From Owenia fusiformis (Eukaryota), in contig CAIIXF020000001.1 in NCBI GenBank assembly GCA_903813345.2, positions 5,704,001-5,768,000 of the forward strand: DNA of 64,000 nt, in the 5' to 3' direction. A model generated the notes under the pieces. That model had not been told where the DNA came from, searched no databases, and worked only from the letters and a program-made list of their open reading frames with translations. Each line of letters begins with the position of its first letter. The first letter of the stretch is position 1. The position numbers and the translations under genes are program-made. Shown here one piece after another: positions 26,001 to 38,000 of the stretch.

Positions 26001-29000
26001 CAGCTGCTCCCCATAGAGAAGGCCACTAAAAGACTGAGAAAGAAGCAGAAGGAAGATGATAAACTGGCAGAGGAAGAGCTCCAGACCAACATTGCAGAGA
26101 CTGAGACATTTATTCTCCCCAGTGGACAGGAAATTGAAAAAGAGTGTATCCTTTATGAATTCCAATGAATGAACTTGTGTTGTATTGTTTATTTTATTGG
26201 CAGTAGCTTTGTTTAAGATGCTTTCAAAATAATTCCTGATTTATTGTTGAAATAAGGTTTTATTCCTTTGATCATGCAGCAGTGCTCCCTCAACATTGTT
26301 TTTATTTTGACATTGTCTTTCACAAGTATTATTGTTCTTTGATTATCCATCACAAACAAATTTATTATTGGCTGTTATGGTTATGCTATGTTTCTTTTCA
26401 TTCTTTGTGTTTGTTGTCTGAGGTTTTCCATCCTCTTATGTTGTATATGTAACTTAAAAACATTTTTCAACTGATGAAAATGCATGGATTTGCATCAAAT
26501 GTCTTAAAATAAATAGAAACATCAAATTAAATATATTTGAATTGATAACAAGGAAATACAATACATCAACCCTCTGTCCCTTATAAGGTCCCTCGGATTG
26601 ATATATTGTATTTCCCTCAGATATACCCTGTATCAAAAACCTCCCATTAAATAACCTCTATTTGAAATGTTGTCTCATGAAATATTGTAACAGGAAATAT
26701 GATTCTATAAATATGTCTTTGATTTCTTTTGGTATTAAAATAAGATGATGACATTCTGTCATGTTCATATCTTGATTATTTGAGTTGTTGTTTATTGTTC
26801 CCTAACTTAATCAGTGGTGCAAGCTGCAGATCTGACACTGGTGCAACAGAGGATCAAAGATGTCAAGGGGGTCCTTGGAGACTTCACCAACAGGCGGCAA
26901 GATGGCAGGTAGGACAACATGTTTGCTTTGGGGCTGTAGGTGAATGTAGATTAACAGTGCAAGTGCTAGAGTGCTTCAACTTTTGTTTTCACAATTCTTC
27001 AATTTTGTTAAAAATTAAAAATGTATAAATGATAAATATTTGCAATCAAGTGGTACAAACTTTGGTGTTGGTGTTGTCTAGTTAGATATGGTCCAATTTC
27101 TATATGCTAGTGCATATGGTGTTAAGTCACATCATAATGTGATTACGTGTCGATTTGACAAATGAGACAAATTCCAAAATGTACTGTGGGGCTACTTTGT
27201 GGAGTTGCTGTTTTTTCTAGTTTGTTGCTGTTGTAGATCTTGAAACAGACCCTGCTCATCATTATTTGTTGTACTTTTAGGTCTAGGAAGGAGTATCTGA
27301 GACAATTAAGAAAGGACCTATGTACTTACTACAGCTACAATGACTATCTAATGGGAGAGCTCATGGAACTATTTCCTAATGAGGTATTTTTTCTATTCTA
27401 TGTTCTATAGTTATTAATATTAGTGGTGGAACCCGCACTCAAAATCTTACCCAAGTCAGAACTTGCCAGAGAACTTTGAAATCAAGTAATTCATTCATTC
27501 TCTGTGGCAGTGCTAGTCTTCAACATACCACCACTAAATGTTTTTGTCATATATGATAATGTAATTGGAATATGAGGCATAACTCCCAAGTTTTTCTGAA
27601 TTTCCAAGTAAAATATAAAGGACAAGTTGAAATACTGCACAGGAATATTTTTAAACAATTTATTTATCCTGTTTCAGATTGTTGATTTCCTTGAGTCTAA
27701 TGAAGTCCAAAGACCAGTCACCATAAGAACCAACACATTGAAGACTCGCAGGCGGGACCTGGCACAGGTATGTTCTATAACATCAATGCATTCATTATTT
27801 TAAAAAACAATGGAATTCTTTTAATCGCCTTGGGTACTGTATTGTGATCAGTTTGCTGGGTGGGTGGGCAGCCAGTCAGTCGGATGGGTGGTCGGTCAGG
27901 TGGGACAGTGGGCGGCAGTCCCGATTAATTTTGTCTTCAGGTTTCCAGCCAAACCATTTCAGAAATTCTTCTGAAATATTCAGGGATCTAGGAATGAAAG
28001 TTAACAACTGAATAGTTTTTGGGCATTCTGGGTTAGGTGGCCATTTTGTAAGTTCTATGTTCTAAAATAATGTCTGTCTAGGTTTGTCTACAGGTTTCCA
28101 GCCAAACTGTTTTATGGATTAATCTGAAATTTTCAGGGATGTTTCTAAGTGTGAAATTTTAGAACTGATCAGTCTTTGAAGTGTACATGAAGGCTTTATT
28201 CTCCCACTTCAATCTGTCCAAGGTTGGTCTCATGATGGAGAATCTTTTTCTATTGTACCATGTGAGCTAACCATATGTGAATTTCATGATATCCTCTGTT
28301 TTAGGCATTGATCAATCGTGGAGTGAACCTGGATCCCATAGGCAAGTGGTCAAAGGTTGGCCTTGTGGTGTATGATGCACAAGTTCCCTTAGGTGAGTGC
28401 CCTTACTTTAGGATATATATACACCTACATAGGCAACTGGTCAAAGGTTGGCCTTGTGGTGTATGATGCACAAGTTCCCTTAGGTGAGTGCCCTTACTTT
28501 AAGATACATATGCGCCTACATAGGCAACTGGTCAAAGGTTGGCCTTGTGGTGTATGATGCACAAGTTCCCTTAGGTGAGTGCCCTTACTTTAAGATACAT
28601 ATGCGCCTACATAGGCAACTGGTCAAAGGTTGGCCTTGTGGTGTATAATGCACAAGTTCCCTTAGGTGAGTGCCCTTACTTTAAGATATATATGCGCTTA
28701 CATAGGCAACTGGTCAAAGGTTGATCTTGTAGGTGAGTAACTAAAAAAGTATATTCATTTTTTAGTCAAGTGCTGTTTTCTCATTGTAAATGCATGTTAT
28801 ATAGTTCTTATATAGTTCTTATACAGTTGAAGTTTTTAAGGTTCAAACTCACAATAATATTCCTAGAGAGGTGTAAACAGCTCTTGATTTCTGTATTTTG
28901 ACTAATGGCCTAGTCACATAGCCCGGCCGATGTCCGGCATCGGTAGAGCTCGGTGGATTTTTTTGGTGCCACCGAGCTCTCCTCATCGGAAGCAGAGCTC

Positions 29001-32000
29001 GGTGACGTGAACGGACTCCGTCCGGACATCTTCAGGCGACCGACCGAACACCGGCTGGTGACCGTACGGAGTCTGTCTCAAAATGGTAGTTTTTTTCTGC
29101 CGATGTGGCAGCAACTACATCGGAAGGAATACGGCCGGTACCCGAGCAGGTAACAGGACACCGTGCGATCGCCGGCCGGGTTGTTAACGGGCTTTGAACA
29201 GTGACTGGCCGATGCTCTGTCCCACATCGGCCGGAGCTCGGCCGCTGTCCGTTAAAAAACCTCGTCCTCTGGTTGTCTCAGATGCACGGGACACCGGCCG
29301 ATACTTGGCCGTGCACTGGCCGACGTGTTTTCCGATGTGGTTACGATGGGGCTGCGATGACATGATGAGGGAGCTCGGTGAGAGCCCGGTGAAATTTAAA
29401 CTCGAAGTTAAAATTTCACCGAGCTACCACCGATGCGGTTTTAAGCAACAAACGCCACGGATGTCCGGCCGGTGTTCGGCCGAGTTCGGTGAAAATTGCA
29501 TCGCTGGCTCATCGTAACATTATCGGCCGGGCTATGTGACTAGACCATAAGTAACCATTTCTTACCCCTTCCATTGAAGAGTACAATGGGTCTCTACAAC
29601 ACATTGTGGGGTGCTGCCAGCATGGGTTGGCATGGCACAATGCCATGCATATCCTATTGCATAGTAGTTGGTAAACTATTTTGAGTCAGTTTTTATCATG
29701 CATAAAAAGGATATTGTTGTCAGGTTGGCGGGTGGGTGGAGTCTCAATTTAACTGTCATTGTGATTCCAGGAAATCACTTCACAGAATTACTTCAAATCA
29801 CTACATACAATGTTACATGGTAAGAAGTTCTAGAAACTTTGTTGTAGGTTCAAAGTTTGAAGGATTATGGGTCACAAATTCATGTGGATTGGATACTGGC
29901 CAAGAAGTTTACAGCTAGTACTTTGAAAATTTATATGTATCTCATTTTATTTCATTTTAGGTGCCACCCCAGAATACCTAGCAGGACACTACCTTCTACA
30001 GGGGGGCTCCAGCTTTCTCCCAGTGATGGCTCTAGCCCCACAGGAGAATGAGAAGCTACTTGACATGTCTGCAGCTCCAGGGGGGAAGACAACATATGCA
30101 GGTAAATTGTTAGGGCCAAATGCAGGTCTTACATTCATAAATGATGTCATGTGTAATATTACAGCTGTATTAATGAAAGCACAGGTCTTATATTTGCTTA
30201 TGATGTCATGTGTTATATAACAGCTGCATAAATGAGAAACAGGGGTCTTACATTCATTAGTGATGTCATGTGTTAAATTACAGCTACTTTAATGAGAAAC
30301 ACGGGTCTTATATTCATTAATGATGTCATGTGTTATATTACAGCTGCTTTAATGAGAAACACGGGTCTAATATTTGCGAATGATGCCAATGAAGACAGAG
30401 CCAAGGCCATAGTGGGCAACATACACAGAATGGGTATTACCAACACTGTAGTGACCACATATGATGGGAGGAAATTTCCCAAGGTACTGTAATATGTACA
30501 TTTACTTAACATGCTGTTTATGCATACTTTAGTCACAGATTTACAACTTGAAACATGAGATGTTTTGTTTTTAACATACATTATATCATTTTTTGTGTGT
30601 ATTATTTCAAGGAGGTCTCATGAATTGATGTGATTTGAGTTTATAATTAAGATGTGATCTGAGTTCATAATTAAGATGTGATTTGTAGGTTTTTTCCCTG
30701 TTATTGATCAGTTTCTAGTAGGACCATAGTAGCTGGGACAGAAAGTTCCAAGTCTGTATATTTTCTTTCGTTTCTTCACTTTTCAGAGTTAAGTCACTAC
30801 ATTTTGCATACATATTCCATGGAGGAATCCTAAGATAGAATTTATTTGGTGTTAATTATAATTTATTTGTTAAAAATAGGGAAACATTTGATTCTGACTG
30901 GTCTATAATCAAAATTTGCCATTTTGTGCGACAAATGCAGCATTTTGACGTAATTAATAAAAATCACTACTTTTGGTATAATAATTCCAAAATAAGCACA
31001 TGTCTTCTTATTCAGCACACGTGTAACTGTTTTTAGGTAATTGAGGCATTACCGAGAAGAATGGTATACAGAAATTTTATATTTTGAATAAAACAACCTC
31101 TGAAGATGCTTGCATTATTTGAGATTTTGGTGTTTCAATGGCTTGAAAAAATGGATTGGGTAGGGGAGTGGCATACATTTTGGGCTTATTCCAGTTACCA
31201 TTTCAATCAAATGAACAGTGACACATTTAATATCATTTTAAAGCTTGTAACGTGTGCTTCAATTTGGTACCCATATTATAATGTCAGATGCTGTATTGTG
31301 ACACCACAGTCGTACCAAATGACTAAAAAATGGAAAAATAAGCACAAAATGCGGCAAAATAATGGTTTTATTCCATCATTGTTTTGCCAATTCACTACTT
31401 GCCACAATCAATGAATGCATTTCTCATGAAGTACACTTCCAATGCACGATCTGATGACTGGCAAAAAATAACTAGGATGATAGAGAGTAGGATGATTAGA
31501 GACAGCATATTGTATATGTCATTTATAACTTGGATTTTTATTAATTACGTCAAAATGCTGCATTTGTCACACAAAATGACAAATGTAGACCAATCAGAAT
31601 CAAACGTTTCCCTATATTTAACAAATTGATTATAATTAAAACCAAATAAATTCTATGTTAGGATTTCTCCAGGGAATATGTAAATATACAGACTTTGGAC
31701 TTGTTTTGTCCCTGCTATTATAGTCCTTAGATTTTAAAGTTAAAAGAAAAAGTTAAACTTGCTAAGGAGCTACTGCATTTTCCAATTCTCTCAGAGAACA
31801 TGTGAAGAACATATGGTTCTTTGTACTTTTTAGCTCACATGGTGCGCTTTTTAGAATGAGCCTTATGGTTTTATTTTTTGATTTGGAAGGTATAGTTATT
31901 CCGAGAGAACTTATGCCTTGTAGGTAATGAGGAACTTTGACCGTGTGTTGCTAGATGCACCATGCAGTGGTACAGGTGTTATATCAAAAGACCAGGCAGT

Positions 32001-35000
32001 CAAAATTAACAAGGATGAAAAAGACATTGCCAGGTAAATATCAGAATGTACTTTTCATAACATGCACAGTTGGTATATTTATTACATACACACGCCAACA
32101 TACTTCATATCAATGTATTCACTAGTATCTATTGCTGATGTTGAAAGGTTCAGTGTCCACTTAATCATTTACTGTAATTTACTCATAATCATCACAGTTG
32201 TCATCTCCACATGGGGGACATGCATCATACGGACTGAAATCAAACATGTTAAGCACTTGGGATGATGTTTCATTAGTATCACACAATTACTATCAGAAGC
32301 ATAGCCCAAGAATCTTAAAAGTAGTTTGGCAAATGATGGTTACTAATTGACGACTTTGAGATGATGGGAAAAAATACTCTCATAAGACTTTATTTTTAGT
32401 TTAAATCGAAAAGATATCTGAAATAAAAAACTTCTGTATGTTTTCTTTGCAAAGCACTGGTGGCTTGTCTGATGCCAATGCATGAGTAGACTATACAGTG
32501 TGTCTCAAAAAATGTTACACTTACAAAAAAATTCAATATCTTTCAGGATTTTGACTTTTCCCCTAAAATATACTTAAATACCAAAAGAGCTGTCTTTTCT
32601 CGAATAAATTCACACCATCAGATTCAAAATTGGTCCATGGTTGGCTGCACAGGACAGTGGTTGGACATGTAGAATGCTGTGGACTTTGATAACTTGATAC
32701 GATCAATGAAGCAGTTGGGTCTTTCCTGGATAGAATTCCAAGATTTCGTTGTCAGAGTGGTCAATTTTGTTACATATGATGACAACAGGATGGTGCCAAT
32801 CAAGGACAGATTTTGAATCTGATGATCTCAAATTATTTGAGAAAGATTTGTCTTTTGGTAGCCAAAGTATATTTTAGGGGAAAAGTTCTATGAAAGATAT
32901 TGAACTTTTTATAAGTGTAACATTTATTTTGAGACACACTGTAGAGAGAGATAAGATTCATTGAACAGTTGAAGCTATAAAAGTTGACCAATTGAAGCAC
33001 TAATTGCTTTCCTATCATAGCAACTTACTCTACACATCTCATAGACCTGACATCTACAACATCATCTGTATCACATGTGACACGTACAGTCTGTCCCCCT
33101 CTGCACTCGAGGTAGGCAGTGCAGCCAATGTAACACCTGTAGTAGTTAGTTTGGTTAGAGAAATCATCCCAAAGGGTGCTACCTCCCTGAGTTCTCATGT
33201 AAGGAGGAACTTTACATTTAGCTGGTGAGCCTATGGAGTCAAACTTTTTAGCACACCCTTGGCTGTTATACTGTGATCAGTTTGCTGAGCAGGCAGATTT
33301 TGTCCCACTTAATTTTGTCCGTGCATTTCCAATGAGGTTTTAAAGTCTAGACAAAAATTCTTAGATGAATTTTGACACCAAAATCAGGAATTATTATATT
33401 CGGTCTGTGTTTAGTGTGTAGGTTTCAGTTTTGAAATCTTGTTATAGCTAAGAAATTAATACAGTAATTGTTTGGATAATTACAAAACAACTCCCTCACT
33501 TAATAGGAAATGAAGATGAAGGTATAGGAGCTTATCTGTTTTATTTATGTATTGCCACACTTGAATTTTTCCATTTAGCCACTGTTAAAAATGTTTGGCA
33601 AATGAATAAGAAAAAGAATTGTAGTGAACTACATGTAATGATACTGATATGTGTTTGTGATACAATATAAGAACTCCTAATTTGTTGTGGTGTAATAAAT
33701 ATAATACCTGAGGTAGTCTGGTTGACCTGCGCAATTATCACATTGTGTCTGTCCATACACACCAAACTGCTTCGCTGGAATTTCCAGTCCAATGGATTAT
33801 CTCAAAATTGTTAACCAGATAACAACAATGCCAAAGTGTAGCAAATGCCATGGAACATCTAATGAGTTTCAGACAACACTGCTAGAGATCATATCTCAAC
33901 AATTGGCTCCCATGAATGTATTGCCAAAAGAAAATGTGTCTTTCATGCATGTACATGTACATATAAAACATGTAAAATGAAACCTATAATAATGTCCTCC
34001 ATTTTCCAAAATGGCCGACTTTTTGAGCAAACTGAGATTGTAACTGCCATCATTTTTATTTATTCTGACAGCCTGTTTTTTTTATTAGACAAAGTTAGAT
34101 TTTGAACTAAATTAATATTCTACATAACATTTTGCATTAAAACATAATGAGATAACAGTTTTATATATTGTAACTACAGTACTATAAAATCTTCACTAAA
34201 ATGGTTGCCATTTTGAAACCGAGAGCCATTTTCAGAACTTTCATTTTCAACTTGTACTCACAACAGGCAGACATAATATGTAACAGATATTGTACCTATG
34301 GTATTTGAGTAATTGCCTGAACAGATATATGGATAGATTGAGGCATTTTTAGCAAATATTAACATTAGATAAAAGACCAGATATGGTATGGCAAATGATT
34401 TAAGACAGTCATATTTTTTAACATCTATATTCTGACCACTTATACAGCATTTTAAAACAATTACACCTCACTTGTGGAATTCTTCAAACTGATTACGAAA
34501 CCATTCTGGTTTCAGATGCATTTTTTACTACAATTTGAAGAGTTCTACTACAATGAACATGTTTTCCCTGAAGTTATCAGGATAATAAAAATATGAATAC
34601 AACTATCTGAAAACCCCTTGTTTAGGACTCCATCTCAACGCATTTTTCAAAATGTCTGACTTAATTTCTAAAAAGAGGACCTTACTTTTCTCATTTTAAC
34701 ATTAAAAGTTTCTTTTGTTTTGTACTTGGAAACTATAATACAGAGTAATGTTATTTATTGTGGTAAAAGATATGACTATCTGAGGTCATTTGCCAATTAC
34801 AATAGCTGGTTCTTTTCCCAAAAATTGTAAAATTACTTCTTGCATAGTTTGTAAGTTTGTGAAGAGGTATTATATTTTCCCAATGATAAAATTCCATTTA
34901 CCTGTTAGAATGCAAAGCACAAGCAGCATGCAAGTATATACATGTAGTTTCTCCATTTTGATAACCTGACAGGTGTTGTTTATAGTTTATAAAGTGTTTG

Positions 35001-38000
35001 GTTGTGTAAATCTCATGTTATCATTAGTTAAAGGACATATTATTTAAAATTTAGATAACAGTCATGTGTTTGGTGTTGTTATATTATTTAAAATATTCTA
35101 GATATTCCATTTAGCTTTGCAAGTGAGTTTTTTAGGTAGTGTCTCCTCATTCCAAATTTTAGAGTTTTGGAATGAAAAAATAAATGAGATTATGGAAACC
35201 AGATTTACAGTAGTTTTTTCTTGGTTAGTTTTTATCTTGTAAAATTAAGAGTCCAGTACTACCCAATGTTTTGATATATAAGCAAGTAACATGTGTTAAG
35301 CAGGTCAGTCTTTCTCATGTATTCTATTTACCATTTTATAGAACTCCATTATTGTACTAATAGTATGTACAGACACACCCACAGTATATGACACACCCAC
35401 AGTATATGACACACCCACAATATGCCATGTCCAAATGTCAGCATTTGTCACATATTCATACACATTTTCAGGATAATTTTTATCAATATTTACGAAAAGT
35501 GTTCATCAACTTTAAAAATTGAATTTTCTTTTGAAAATGTGACTTCTAGGTTGGGTAGATTCCCCATATTAGAAAATCATAAAAAGTGTAATTAGATGGA
35601 TAGTATTTCTTGGAACTGGACGTATTTTCATTTCATAACTATCAGACATATATTAGTAATATGAAAATTTATCCACTAAATTTGATGAATATTCAAATTA
35701 AAGGGAACTTTCTATTTGGCCTCTATTATATATGCCATGTTATCTGACCCAAATTAGCCACCTGGTGGTGAAACTGATAACTACTATACTGGCATCTGGG
35801 TTATTTCATCGTCTATTTCTCCACAAAGGTTACACAATCTTTCATGTTCAGGTTTTGGGTGTGGTATTACATGTATACCCAGCTCTATTTGCTATTAATG
35901 AGAACTTAACCTCAGTCGGGTAAAGGATTGCCTATGATTTTTGTTCTGAAGGCTCAGATATTGCTCTAGACCTACTTTGTATTATTTATATATTAGAGCT
36001 GACGTGTTTACACAATCAAACGCTTTTCTGAAGTCAATCATAATACAATATATCGATTTCTTTAATCGTCTAAAGTGAGATATAAGCGTACTTAATAAAT
36101 TGTTACTTGTAATATAAGTTCTACTCGAAGGCAAATTTTGAAAATGAATGCTGGTTTCAAGATGGCTACCATGTTTAGCTTATTAAGTACTAATGAAGAT
36201 TGAGCAAAAAATATAGGATATTTAATTAGGTCCAAATTTAAATTTAAAAAACAGAACATAAACATAAAATTAATTTATTGTATTATTTTTCTCTAATCAG
36301 TCTTTGAATCAAGAAAAGGACGGGGTGCATTGTCGGGCAGATATCCCACGGTCAAAATGGAACTATTTATGTGTAAAATGAAGACTACAATGTTCGATAA
36401 TACTTTGGAAAATATAAGTGTTTGGACACACATAGGATGGGATTGGGATCATTAAGATCAGCAAGGGTGTATTGCTATTGACATAGGGATATGCACCATT
36501 GACTTAACATGGGAATTTCTTCATATCCCAATATAGGCGGTCATTGGTTTCCATCGATTATCATAAAAATACCGAAAATACACTATAACCTGAAGAGACA
36601 AAGTAAATAATTTTACAATCTGACACAAATGTTATATCACATCAGATGGGATAATAGAATCTGCACCCGGTTGTTTATTAAGTTGTACGCAATGTCTTTG
36701 AAATCCAGGACAGTAAAGTGAATTCCTGCAACACAGTTTCATATACAGTCTTCTCAATCCGGAAGTGAAGTCTGTCCATATTATATTACACACGTACAGT
36801 AGCACTAATCCTGGCCCCCAGTTAAGTTGTTAATGTCAAAGTCATCCTCGTGTATTTGTGGACATTCATCTTCATAATCATTTTCCCCACATGGAGGACA
36901 GACCTCTTCGATGCTGGAAATAATCAGGAAATTATTGATATATTTTGTTCATTGGGATTTGCTACTCTATGGAGTTTAATAGATGGTACCTAGTGTGATA
37001 TACCATTGGAAAGATCATCCTGAGTTATATTAAATCACCAACTCTCAAGTATTTTGGATGAAATTTACTTATATTTTCATGATGTATTTCATAGTTAATG
37101 TACCCTCCTTCAGCATCTTTTATTGCATCAAAATGAGAAGGATATGACCTCAGCAATATGTCAAAAATTTTGTTTGCATTCCACTTCTTCTTCTACAAAA
37201 ATATCTTCACCACTACTGACTTGCCCCTCTATATGCTACACATCAAACCCTATCCAAAAATTGGTTCAATTCACTGCCATACTTATGTTGTCATCTTGAA
37301 TTCCTTTGTCTTTTCTGATCCTTGATGCCTTATTTGTAAAATTCTGCCTAATATGTCAGATCACCATGTTACTAGGCGGGGGGGGATTAACTCCAGAGTT
37401 CAAAGATGACATTCGCTTATTATCATGTAAACCTGTATTGAGATGATGTATACCTCTGATGGTCCAAATAGATAAACAAAAATGGCGGAATCAAAATAAC
37501 ACTTCGAATAATATCATGTTAATTTCTGGGGTGTTAACCAATATCATAACTTGTTATTTCTCATCAAGAAAAAAAAAGATGTAAGGAGTATGCATTGATT
37601 AAAACAAGAGGGGGCAAGACTTATTAACACCCTGATACAGGGTGACTAATATATTTTATATTTATTGTTATGACATGAGACGTGACAGTCATTAAAAATA
37701 TACAGGGTGTCAAATAAGATCCATTCCATTGCTACAGAAAAGTCAATCAAAAGATGACAACATACATACACCATTGAATTATGTTGGTTCCACCCAAACC
37801 ATGGTTCTCACAAAGCGAATATTGATTCTTTAGTCGTGAACCACACGTTCCTCTCTCCAAAACATATTTCTCCACTCACTCAGCAAATTCCAACATAGCT
37901 TTGTAATGGTTTGCAATGTTCGTGAGTAGACAAATATGATCAGGAAAGAGGAATTGGTGGTTCACGACTAAAGAATCGATATTCATGTTGGAGAACTGTA

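Noticed and set aside
28337-28740. CRISPR-like appearance of the 91-bp array
   Set aside because: No unique spacers, the unit derives from a NOP2 exon-intron junction, and the context is eukaryotic with no cas genes
28953-29517. GC-rich ORFs of 66 and 107 aa
   Set aside because: Inside a TIR element, non-ATG starts, no transposase motifs; open frames are expected at this GC content
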